Shown: positions 51,120 to 61,803 of the stretch, one piece after another
Position numbering within the stretch: position 1 is the stretch's first letter
Layout of the letters: each line of letters starts with the position of its first letter
From: Fistulifera solaris
Taxonomy: Eukaryota
Direction of reading: 5' to 3'
Assembly (NCBI GenBank): GCA_030295235.1
Contig: AP026125.1
Location: forward strand, 1,922,001 to 1,986,000
Length of the DNA: 64,000 nucleotides
Position numbers and translations under genes: made by a program
The notes under the pieces: model-generated
What the model saw: only the letters and a program-made list of their open reading frames with translations
What the model was told of the DNA's origin: nothing
Databases searched by the model: none

Positions 51120-52989
51120 CAAGATTGGCTTAGTAGAAGACTCTGATGCAGCCAATGCCATTGTCCAGTCACGGATTTTAAAGCTTACTGGAGAAGACGC
51201 TGCAGAAATTCACGCTGAAGACGACAACGAAAATAACTATCTTCTGGATATGGACCTTGCTCCGTCAGGTAGTAACCGAGATATTGTAGTAATTATTCGT
51301 GACAAGGATTACACGGAAAGAAGAAGTCACGAACAAGAATTGACCATGGTTGATGATGTCGAGGTAGGCATCCATGACGATTCCCGTCTGAACAGTGCAC
51401 ACTCGGGTCATCTGTCGACAATTCTAGAGGATGAAGATGTGGAACCAAGCACCGCACATAATGCTTTTGCCTCAAGTCCCGCAACAACAGAATATTCAGT
51501 AAATGAAATGCCAACAACTAGAACAAAGAGGAGATCCAAACAAGTAACGAATTTAAAAGCGCAGAAGGCAAGTCCATCTACCGCAAAGTCATCGATATTG
51601 AAGACAGCGACCGCATCCAGACCGAATTTGAAACCACCGCCGACCACAACAGCTTGTGCTTCCAGTCCAGCAACAACAGATTTTTCATTAGTCAAAATGG
51701 CAACGAGAAAGAGGAAAACGGCCGAAACAGCCACCAAATCAAAAAGCTGAAGGAACAAGTCCCGCCACAACTGATTCGTCAATCTTTGAGAGGCCGACCA
51801 TGAAGAGTCAAAATCTGAAGCCACCACCTGATATCAGAGCTCATGCCTTGACTATCGAAGTCTTCAATGAATGAGAATACAACACAAAAAGGAAAAGATC
51901 GAAACTGACAGCAAATTCCAGAGCCAAAGGCCCGACTCATGCCCGTAAAAAGAAGTTGAAACCGCCACCGATTGCAGAAGCAAAAGCAGGAAGTCCCGCC
52001 ACAGCAGTTTCTTCCATAGTTGAGATGCCAACTATGAAGAGGGGTAATCTGAGAGCACTGCCAAGATCTCATTCGAAACAGTCCAACAACCGAAGTATCA
52101 CGATTCCTGAAGATATGATTATAAAGATACCGAAGACAGAACCCACTAATGCAAGTCCCGCCCACGTCTGCTAGTGACGATTCATCACATGTATTTAAAA
52201 GGCGATTAGACATCCAAAAGAAGAATGCAAGTCCCGCCAAATCCGGTAATCTCAGTGACGATTCGTCGCATTTCCTGAAAATGCCGCTAGATCTGCGAAG
52301 AAAGAACTTGGCACAAAATGAAGCTCTCAAGTTCATTTTCAGTGGGTATTCCGAAAACCAGAAGAACTCGTAGAGCTATAACAAGTCCCGCTACTGCCAC
52401 TAGTGGGACCTCATCACAATTCTTGAGAACACCCTTCGACCTGAGACGTAAGATTGTAGATCCCAGAAATGAAAATCAATTTTCATTACGTCGACAACAA
52501 GTAAGGCAAATTGGAGTAGCCCCTTTGCAACCCCCAGTCATTACTGATGAACCATCAAAGATCGTATCCTATTTTTACGACACAGCTTATCCATTTGTGG
52601 GAACCATTGAGCAATTAAATTGTTTGGTTCAAGAACACGAGTTTGATATTCCAGAATCATTTCACGGAAAGCGGAAACAAATGATTTAACGATGAAAAGA
52701 AGGGCTTCAACCCGAAAACGCAAGGAAGCAAACCAGCGAGGACTTGTGAGTGAGAACAATATTGCAATCCACGTGCGCTGAATACTCTTGCAGAGACAGC
52801 AAAAGGAAAGAAGTGGAATAGAATCATTTATCACTGTAGGGACAAGAAAGAATGGAAACGATCTGATTTACAACAAAGAAGATGCCAGGGGATCTCTTCG
52901 GTCACTCCTTTTTGCAATCCAGTGCAAAGGGCGTTGATAAAGGTCGCTGAGTCGTCACGACCTGAAGAGGGAAAGAAGCATCATATCAA

Positions 52990-53698
52990 GGTGCTAGAGT
53001 GGTGCCACGGCATCCATAACCAGTGAATGCCTTGAAATTATGAACTCGCAATGTTATTTCAATGACGCGATTGTGAACAGTTTCCTTGAAAGCATAACAA
53101 GCAAGACCGTAACGGATGAGGGAGTTATTGCACACCCGTCGTATGTCATGAGTAATCTGTGGGATTCCGCCAACCAAAATATTAAGAGAGAGGGTAGACT
53201 GCAGCTTAGTTCAGCGTTTGTGGCATTGAATTCTATGACAAAATCGAACAATTTGGGCATTCATTTATTCCCTATGTGCAAGGAGAGGCACTGGTGGTTG
53301 ATGGTGGTTGATGCCGATAATCGAGTTATTTATTAAGCTCGACTCCCTCGAAGATCCGGACGATCACTACTCTAATGCTGTCTGGCTTTCAGGTTTATTT
53401 AAATTCGCGTGCGGTGAGGCAGCAATTAGAATGCGCGTCAACAAGCGAGCAGCAGGAATCAACATTACCCGATTTCGCTCCGTGGGAATACCAAGAAATG
53501 CGTCTTCCCAATAAACTATTGCAACATGATGGCCATAGTTGCGGACCATATGTATGTTTTTATGCGGCGACAATTCTGAAACATGGTCGACGTGCCCTCA
53601 ATGAGAGGACATGGTTCCTTGACTCTATTTCGGAGATTGGAGTCGGAGATGATCTCCGACCTTTTGTATTTGATGTTATGTTTCAATTGGCTGAATGA
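52990..53698 (+). CDS. Ulp1/SENP-type (C48) cysteine protease domain carried by the MULE, frameshifted
   Basis: YFNDAIVNSFL, LFPMCKERHWWLMVVD, IY..LDSL, QHDGHSCGPYVC: the His-Asp-Cys triad plus oxyanion Gln. Confidence 0.82.
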
Positions 53699-53814
53699 CA
53701 CGTATAGAGTAATGTGTGATATTAATCAACCAAGTCTAGTTTGAAACTGAAATTGTGTAGATTGGGTTTTGATTATTTACACGAAGTAGTTTTCGACGAA
53801 AGCCTTGATCGGTG

Positions 53815-53958
53815 GAAGGTCACGTAGGCTGGGTTTTTCTTTATTGGAAGGTCGCGCTCGCTGCATCAGGGTCACGTAGGCTGGTTTTTCTTTATTGACA
53901 ATTGAGAGCGGTCGCTTCGCTGACTTTTTCTTTATCAAGAGCGGTCGCGCTCGCTGAC
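53815..53958. repeat. Subterminal short direct repeats of the MULE
   Basis: GGTCACGTAGGCTGG(G)TTTTTCTTTATT x2 and GGTCGC(G/TT)..CGCTG x3. Confidence 0.8.
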
Positions 53959-54572
53959 TATTGTTTATTGAGGATTTGGTTATCTTAGAGGGGTGATTCA
54001 TGAATCATCCGGGACTGTCATTCATAAGGCTTTGTTACTTTATCGAGCAACCTAAGTAGATTCTAAGTAATTAGTACCACATCCAATGGCGCGTACTCTA
54101 CTGTAAAGTTGAATGTAGTCAGTTAACGTCTCTCCTAACGGGAGAGCTATCGGAAGAGGTTCACCCTGGTTGGAGACCTAACGGAAGTCTCCCTTATGAC
54201 TCCTCATGACTGAAACGCATCTTTGGAATTTCAATAAATTCCAACCCGTAAACCAACACTTTAACCCATAGTAAGTTTTTAGGTGCGAGCTGTTATTGTG
54301 CGCATTGCATTTTGCAACGTGCGAATCCGACATGCTTTCAAGCAATTTTGATAACTTTAATTTCTTTGTGTATTACAATTATCATTTTTGCAAGGAAGTT
54401 GGCGCTTGGGAGGAGAGAAAGGCGAGGTATTATCATTCCGACCGAACCAGCAGCAGTTACTGAACACTTTTGCTATTTCGTCCTCGCAGAGTAGTAGTAT
54501 CTGGGCTGTTGTTTATGTGTGTATTCGCATCAAATGAAAACCCTCTAAAATTGGATTATACACTGCATTAAG

Positions 54573-55672
54573 ATGATCAAGAATCCTTACGCGAAACGCA
54601 AACCCCCGCCGCAATCGTCGTCCGAGACATCACAAGCAGCGAAGCCATCGTCCTCGACACACCCACCTTCAATCGTACGACACCACAACAATACAGCCTC
54701 AACCACTCATGGCGCCACAACATTCTCACAAGCATTTGAAGCCGTCGAAGACACGATACATTATCAAAATCAATGCACCGAAATTAGTGCACAGCAACAG
54801 CAACAACATACCGAACGGGCGCAGCAACGAGCACTCGAACAAGAATCGGCACTCACCGATCGCGATCATCACGTCTTTTACAACCACAATTGCGGCTCTG
54901 TGTTTCGACACGACAACGTGGCAACGGGATTTTACAACACATCCGGAATGTCCCGTATTCTTTTGAAACGATGGTTCCCGATTATATCATGGGGACACAG
55001 CGATGTGCCCTGTTTTTGAGTTGCAAGTATCATAGCTTGCATCCAACCTACATTGAGCATCGAACGGCGGAGTTGAAACAAGATTTTGCTTTGCGCGTCT
55101 TACTAGTCTTGGTGGACGACAACGACGCATCGAAAACGCTAAATTTCTTGAATGTGTTTTGTGCGCGTCAACGATTGACCATGATTCTGGCGTGGAGTGA
55201 AGAAGAGGCGGCGCGGTATTTAGAAACCTTCCAGGCCATGGATGGAAAAGACGCTTCTTTGATACAGAAGCGCAAAGATACAAATGCCTTTGGTGATCAA
55301 GTAGCTGATTTTCTTAGCAAGGCTAGCGTCAACAAAACCGATGCGGCACAACTCATGGCGCAGTTCTCGAATGTGCGGGCTATAGGTCAAGCGTCCATGG
55401 ATGAATTGGCTACTGTCAGTGGTATGGGGCATGTCAAAGTAAAGCGACTATGGGATGCCTTCCATAAACCTTTTTCTTCAGAAGCAGCTGCAAAAAGACG
55501 AAGGGCATTGTTGGAATCATCATCCGCGGCGGAAGGAGAGGAAGCGGCTGTCAATACTGAAGAATCTACTGGTAAGAACCCTGAAGATGACGACGGTATG
55601 GATGCTGGTAACAACGCTGTCGAAGACGTTTCAGATGCAGGAGAAAATGATGAGTCAAATCATGAGTCATGA
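54573..55672 (+). CDS. ERCC1: DNA excision repair protein ERCC1/Rad10
   Basis: VSTRQRGNGILQHIRNVPY, PDYIMG..CALFLSCKYHSLHPTYI, LAWSEEEAARYLE, HhH VNKTDA...GMGHVK. Frameshift ~54877. Confidence 0.93.
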
Positions 55673-55694
55673 AATTGGTGATTTACATTGTTCG

Positions 55695-56834
55695 CTACAA
55701 ATTATAATCAATGGGGTTGCTACTACTTTCTCCTTGGGCAGCAACCGTTAAAATGCTATGCAGTAAAGCCAAAATACGAACCGATGCACCTTGCCGTTGG
55801 AGGCTGTCTCGAAGCTCACCTGAGGCCTCTCGGTAATTTACATCGCGGAAAACATCAAAGAGAGCAGCGTTGCAGTAAAGTAGGATTTCACCGAATACGG
55901 ACATTTCGGCTCGATGATCGTGTAATGTAATACTGTGAACTTGTCCACTCAAAATGGTATAAAACTTTTCATCAAAATGCATTTCGTATTCCCACTGCTT
56001 CATCCCGTGCCAAGTCGTTCCAAAATCGTCCCACCAACAAATAGATCCACGAAAAATCCGTTCTTCGGCATCGAATGTCACATTGCGAAACGGAACTCGA
56101 CTAGGCAGGGCTACTCCACTATCTAGTGTCCCCCAGATGGCGGTAGTTGTGTGTTCATAGGATATGTAGCATTCATCTTTCGATACAAAATGATACGAAG
56201 CCAACCCGACCATCTTGGCTTGACAAAAGGTATTTCCAAAAAGAGTATTGCTGTGATAGGAAGGAGGTGTTCGTGGAAGTGTAGACATTACTGTTTCTTC
56301 TAAGGGTCGATAGATACACCCGACAATCGATTGATCGGCCGTCGAAGCTCGATGAATGGTTCTCCAGTCACAAGCGAATGTCAATGTTAATGGACCGGGC
56401 GCATTCTCATCCACAAAACGGATGGTTCTGGATGGATCGTGCCATTGATACTTCACAATTTGGCGCGCTGTGCTCCCATAGGCGAACACAACTTCACCTT
56501 CATCGAAAAGGATGCGAGTCGGAAGACGATTTTGCATCACGCTCGTTCCATCGTGAAGATTCGTTACATCTTGCAACAAATAGGTTGAGCCCATTAGCGG
56601 AGTCATTTCCGAAAGATCCGGATTATACGGATACAAAAGTTCCCCTCCCTGTTGCAAATCAAATAATGAAATAGATTGTCGACACATAGGACACAATCCT
56701 TGCGTCGGAACCGCCGTAGCTAATAAAACACGTTCGAAACAAGGTCGACAAAAGGCGTGTCCGCAAGGACCTTGTACGGCGGTGTGCGAAAGATCGTGCC
56801 AGCAAATGGGACAAGAACTGGTTTCTGTAGTCAT
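55695..56834 (-). CDS. RING-finger (C3HC4) protein with uncharacterised C-terminal domain
   Basis: CPICWHD...PCGHAFCRPC...CPMCRQ. Confidence 0.85.
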   Translation of the reverse strand: MTTETSSCPICWHDLSHTAVQGPCGHAFCRPCFERVLLATAVPTQGLCPMCRQSISLFDLQQGGELLYPYNPDLSEMTPLMGSTYLLQDVTNLHDGTSVMQNRLPTRILFDEGEVVFAYGSTARQIVKYQWHDPSRTIRFVDENAPGPLTLTFACDWRTIHRASTADQSIVGCIYRPLEETVMSTLPRTPPSYHSNTLFGNTFCQAKMVGLASYHFVSKDECYISYEHTTTAIWGTLDSGVALPSRVPFRNVTFDAEERIFRGSICWWDDFGTTWHGMKQWEYEMHFDEKFYTILSGQVHSITLHDHRAEMSVFGEILLYCNAALFDVFRDVNYREASGELRDSLQRQGASVRILALLHSILTVAAQGESSSNPIDYNL

Positions 56835-56990
56835 TGTTACGTTGCCATTGTTGCTGAAACGAAAGAAATAGTAATGGATAGTAAAGTTATAGTCAATTCC
56901 TCGCAAACAATCGAAGAACGAATGATGTGTTTCAAAAGTTTTGCGGTTCCTTATCACCGAGTACGTTAAGGTTCAAGGTTTGTACTCAGT

Positions 56991-57495
56991 ATCCGGGTAT
57001 CCCTCTGTTGATAAATTTCCTACGAGAGATACTTGAAAATTACGTAGACATTCGAAGCGTTGCATCATTCATTCCGTCAACTTTTGTTTTCAAATAGAAG
57101 GCGATTATTGCTTCCTGATACGAAGAAAATACGGCGGACAAGGAAACATTGACATTTGGGCACTTTAAATCGAAGAATTGGATAATGGCGAAAAAGACAA
57201 TATCCGGGTCCCCTACAGAGATAAATTTCCTACGGCGGCTACGTGAAGTACGCGTAGACATTCGAAGCGTTGTATCTTTCTACTGTTTCATGTGTCACAG
57301 TCCAATCAACGTCGGTTATTGTTTCATGAGTCGCATTAGCGATGTCTGGGCGAAGTATTTCTGACCTTGTTGTCTAAAAGACGCGAGAAATGGTGTGCTC
57401 GAAATTACGCAATATCCGGGTAACCCCTTTGTCGATAAGTTTCACTACGAGAGCTACTTGAAATCTACGTAGACAGTCCAGTCGCTGCATTTTTC
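56991..57495. repeat. Degenerate tandem repeat, period 211-212 bp, three copies of an ~80-bp conserved core
   Basis: ATCCGGGT...GATAA.TTTC.CTACG...TAC.TGAA...CGTAGACA at 56991, 57202 and 57414. Confidence 0.85.
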
Positions 57496-57813
57496 CATGC
57501 ATTTGAGGTATTGCAGTCGAATTTCACGAAGATGAAAGCGTTGCATGGTAATTGCCAAAGGGAGACTGTCTTTAGCAGCGGATCATCATCACGCCGGTAA
57601 AACGTTTCCTCCATAAAGGCGTCAGCGACAATTAAGGTTCAAGATTTGCGACGTTCGTCATTCGCGTTACGACAGCATCTAAATTCGAACTCATACTATA
57701 GCAAATTAAGTACCCAGCTTAGTCGTGTTTCTCCGTTGCTTTCGGAAGCAAACATTCTCCATGCATTTTATTTTGCCTTTATTGTATCTTTCACAACAAT
57801 AATAAAAGCAACC

Positions 57814-58610
57814 ATGAAAGAATCATCTGCATCCACTCTTCCTTCTCCAGTACTTTGTATACTATTTTTCCTCCGGAGGAAACTGCGGATGTGGGTCGAC
57901 ATGCCGTACAAGCCGCTATCGAAACGTACGACGGACCGATTCGGGTCTTGACGAGAGACACTCAAGTACTGCAAGAAGCCAACTGGAATTGTGCTTGTCC
58001 CGAGCCGCACCAACTCGAATTGCAGCGATTGGATGTACGAGCCGTGGATGTCAACAAAGACGATCTTAAGGAGCATTTGAAAGATGTCGGAATTGTGATC
58101 AGTGCATTGGGGAATCGACAACCGTTTCATGGAGATTGTGTCGCACAAGCAGGGACACGGAACCTGGTCAATGCCATGCTGCATCACAATATCTCTCGTC
58201 TAGTCATAATCACATCCGCTGGTTGCAATGAAGACTTTCCACCCATGGAGTACCATTGGACCGGAACGATCTTGCGATGCCTCTTTCGATCGGTGTCGCG
58301 TAGAGAATATCGTGACTTGTGTTTGGCGGAAGACGTATTGCGCAATCACGAGCAGTCTGATCAGTTGGACTATTTGATCGTCCGACCCGTCGGTCTAAGT
58401 GAAGAACGGCCCCCGGTTCATGCGTGGGTGATTCAAAAACAAAAATATGAAGATAAGTTAGGACCTGACATGTCCAAAATGGACTGCGCCCGCTTCTGTC
58501 TTCAAGAAGCGTTGCAACCAACCTATCATCGACAGGCTGTTGTGATAGGAAGTGATCCAGAGACATTCGTGTTTAACCCGAATAAGAGCCTCAAGAGTAA
58601 TAGAGACTAG
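57814..58610 (+). CDS. NAD(P)H-binding Rossmann protein (flavin reductase/BLVRB-like atypical SDR)
   Basis: VISALG, GTRNLVNAM...RLVIITSAG, AEDVLR..LDYLIVRPVGL, MSKMDCARF. Frameshift near 57870. Confidence 0.8.
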
Positions 58611-59182
58611 TTGGTAAAGGTCAAGCAAATTTAAATGTAAGTGTTCTTGACTTTCAAAGCCTTGCACGAAAAGGCCAGGGCATCATCGAACATTTCTGGT
58701 AAAGCAGTTCAAGTTCATTGATTCTATACATTTCACGCCTCGTGCGTATTTCGTTCAAGATGATAAACGATGCATCGAAAATATGGACGATATCCGGGAC
58801 TCAATATTTGTTAAGTCGTGAGTCGTGACATTTTACCTCTACTTTTTACGTAATAGTCACGTGGTCACGTTCCTCTTTTTTCGCGCACACAAAAGAGAGC
58901 AAAAAACATTCGCATTTGATCATTGTCATTCAATTGGAAAGAAACGTTGCAATAATACTCCGGAGCAGTTCATTTCTCTCTGTATGTCGTCGCATAATAG
59001 AGCGTTCGTTTGCACGACCGCCCGAAAACCTCATTAGCTGCAACGACGTTCGTTTGGTTCATTGGGTACACCGAGTCGTCCTTCGTTGAAACAAGGAAGA
59101 AGTTAGTGCCTCCAAAAGCCACTTCCTTACTTCATTATTCGATACAAAGAACAAAGAAAAACCTTGTCTAGCAGCAACGCGA

Positions 59183-60388
59183 ATGACTGACGCCGTGCAT
59201 CACAATCAGGAGCGCTTGGCACAAGTTCTCAAAGACTACGACAAATCCAAGCCAGTTGTGGTGACAGGCGTCGATGGTTATTTGGCGGGCGTGTTGGTGC
59301 AACAATTGCTTTCACATGGCTTTGTCGTTCACGGAACACATATTCAAACGAATGAATCGAATCTCAACTACTTAAGAAGTCTTCCTCAAGCCAAACACAA
59401 CCTTAAACTCTTTCGAGCGAACTTATTGGATGAGGGTAGTTTCGATGAGGCATTTCGCGGATGTGAAGTTGTCTTTCACACAGCTTCACCGTTCTTATTG
59501 CAGCATGGACTGGATGTCGAGCGGCAACTAGTCCAGCCGGCCGTCGAAGGTACCAGGAATGTGCTGCAAACGTGCAATCGAACACCTACAATTCGTCGAG
59601 TTGTTTTGACGTCGTCCGTAGGAGCTATATTCGCCGATGCGGCCGACTGTTCGGATTCGCCCGTGGACGAGACTACATGGAATCGTACTAGCACTTTAAT
59701 TCATCAACCTTACTTTTACAGCAAAACACTCGCGGAGCAAGAAGCTTGGATCATTGCGGGCGGTCAGACGCAGTGGTCGTTGGTTGTCATTAATCCGGCC
59801 ATGATTTTAGGACCGGGGTTGCAATACTTCCCGAACAGTGAATCCTTCAAAACAATCTACAAGTGCGGGAGTGGTCACTGGTTGACTTGGTTTGGAAGTC
59901 CGACGTTTGCTATGCCTGCAGTGGATATTCGTGATGTTGTGGCTGCACATATGATAGCCGGATTCGACATGGCTGTCACCGGACGACACATCCTATGTTC
60001 TGCCAACAGTTCACTTCCCGAATTTTGTCAAATTCTTTCACGTCTCTTTCCGAATTATCCCATTCCTCGTATTTCAGCTCCCATTCCTATATTCGCCTTG
60101 GCTCTGGTGGCTCCTTTTTTACGACAAGGCATTGATCGCAAAGCCGTTTGGCGTAATTGCAATTGTCGCACGCAGCTCGACGCAACCAAATCAATCCAGG
60201 GTGCATTGAATATACGTTATCGACCGTTGGAGGTTTCGTTACGCGATATGTATCAGCAAATGATTGAAGCGGGTGCTGTTCAGCCGGCTTTGCCGCCCGA
60301 AGTATACGGTCTTTCGATTGTACTCGTGGCTTGTCTCGCAATAGTATCTCCTCTCATTCAGTATTATCAATGGTTTCGTTCCAGCTGA
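59183..60388 (+). CDS. NAD-dependent epimerase/dehydratase (DFR/CCR-like extended SDR) with C-terminal TM
   Basis: VTGVDGYLA, VFHTASPF, PAVEGTRNVL, VVLTSS, YFYSKTLAE. Confidence 0.9.
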   Translation: MTDAVHHNQERLAQVLKDYDKSKPVVVTGVDGYLAGVLVQQLLSHGFVVHGTHIQTNESNLNYLRSLPQAKHNLKLFRANLLDEGSFDEAFRGCEVVFHTASPFLLQHGLDVERQLVQPAVEGTRNVLQTCNRTPTIRRVVLTSSVGAIFADAADCSDSPVDETTWNRTSTLIHQPYFYSKTLAEQEAWIIAGGQTQWSLVVINPAMILGPGLQYFPNSESFKTIYKCGSGHWLTWFGSPTFAMPAVDIRDVVAAHMIAGFDMAVTGRHILCSANSSLPEFCQILSRLFPNYPIPRISAPIPIFALALVAPFLRQGIDRKAVWRNCNCRTQLDATKSIQGALNIRYRPLEVSLRDMYQQMIEAGAVQPALPPEVYGLSIVLVACLAIVSPLIQYYQWFRSS

Positions 60389-60484
60389 TACAGCTTCGAA
60401 AAACCCTCTCCGTTTTCTACAAATTTCAGAGGCTAAATTATAAATAATTGCATCACTATAGCTAGCAATTGGGCTGTACTCTAT

Positions 60485-61654
60485 TTATCTTACCTTTTGT
60501 AATTGACCCATTTTTGTTCGCAGACTCTCCGGCCAGTCCAACTTTGTTTTTAGAAGGTCATCGTTTCGATATTCACTGCAATCCAAAAGAACTGGGTGAT
60601 CATCGATGCTATACGCAAGGCGCACAGTTTCATCTTCCTTTTCTTTTGCATTGCTGACTTTACTCATGACTTGCTGAACTTTGCCGAGTCGACTACAAGC
60701 ATTTTGTAGTTGTTCCTCAGCCGGACTACGCTCTCCCGCACTCCAATACAAAGCCGCTAAAGCCATATTCGCTTCACTTTCCTTTGCCAAAACCCGCTGC
60801 ACCATTTCAGAGTCCCGCCCTTCCACGACACTTTTATCAAATTTCACAGCCAAGACGTTCTTTAACAAATTGCTGTTGCTCGTATCCAAAGCCGCATCGA
60901 CCCAGGAAATGGAAGAATGAGCCTTATCACCAATTTCATCAAATGCTTCGGCCGCCAGCTGATGGATTTCCGCGGCTTTGTTATAATCTTCCGCCACGCG
61001 GAGTACCAAAGCCCATTCCCATGCCGCGTACGGATTCCGTCGGATTCCATCGAGTATTAATTCTTCGTCCGTATCCCAATCTTCTTGTCGTCCCGTGAGT
61101 TGCAGTCCCAGTTGATAATCTTTTGCAATGCTCGTGGCCGTTTTTGAATCACCCGGACGGAGCATACTCTTATTGGCCCGGGCACGCCCCAACAAGGCGA
61201 CCGCCAATTCGTCTTGCACATTGGATTTTTGAATCAATTGCACGGCTTGATCGTAATCGGCCGCCGCGGCGGGGGCATCCGCGAGTGCAAAATGACAATC
61301 CCCTCGCACGCGATACAAGCCAGCGACTTCTTCGGGTGCCTGTCCCTGCCATCGTTCAATAACGGCATTCAACAATTCGAGTGATTTCGGTAAATCGCGA
61401 TTCATGCCGTAAAATTCGGCAAAGGCTTGTCGCAACAGTTGGATATCCGCCGATGAAGGCGGTGCCGGAGTTGCCGCAATCCATGTGGATATGCCTTGTT
61501 GTAAAGGAGACGCAGTTGCAATGCGGGACGAAGATGCGGGGAATAGGAGTGAGGACGAATGCGTCAGCGGCGGGGGTGATACAATTATGAGACTTGTTGC
61601 CAAGTAGTTCGTCAGCCATAACGCTGTGGTGCATCCCGGAAGAACAAATCTCAT
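60485..61654 (-). CDS. TPR-like helical repeat protein
   Basis: LYRVRGDCHFALADAPAAAADYDQAVQL TPR pattern; N-terminal signal/transit-like peptide. Confidence 0.75.
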   Translation of the reverse strand: MRFVLPGCTTALWLTNYLATSLIIVSPPPLTHSSSLLFPASSSRIATASPLQQGISTWIAATPAPPSSADIQLLRQAFAEFYGMNRDLPKSLELLNAVIERWQGQAPEEVAGLYRVRGDCHFALADAPAAAADYDQAVQLIQKSNVQDELAVALLGRARANKSMLRPGDSKTATSIAKDYQLGLQLTGRQEDWDTDEELILDGIRRNPYAAWEWALVLRVAEDYNKAAEIHQLAAEAFDEIGDKAHSSISWVDAALDTSNSNLLKNVLAVKFDKSVVEGRDSEMVQRVLAKESEANMALAALYWSAGERSPAEEQLQNACSRLGKVQQVMSKVSNAKEKEDETVRLAYSIDDHPVLLDCSEYRNDDLLKTKLDWPESLRTKMGQLQKVR

Positions 61655-61803
61655 TGCTGTGTAAGTAGCGAAACAAAGAGAGTCTTTGTTATGATAATTT
61701 TTGAAAAAATATGCTAACAATAAAAGGCCGATGATGCGTGATGCGCAAATGTATTTTTGTGCTCGTTTTTGCGGACGCACGCGCATTTCTTCGCTATCAA
61801 CTC

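Larger units (their letters stand above)
48334..54193 (+). mobile_element. Mutator-like (MULE) DNA transposon, full length, 5860 bp
   Basis: Identical 130-bp TIRs (48334-48463 / 54064-54193, GGGAGAC...GTCTCCC). 9-bp TSD TTATGACTC at 48325-48333 and 54194-54202. Transposase inside. Confidence 0.95.

Noticed and set aside
56991..57495. Repeat-spacer array interpretation
   Set aside because: The first two spacers are faintly homologous to each other (CG.TTATTG.TTC.TGA), so this is a degenerate tandem repeat.
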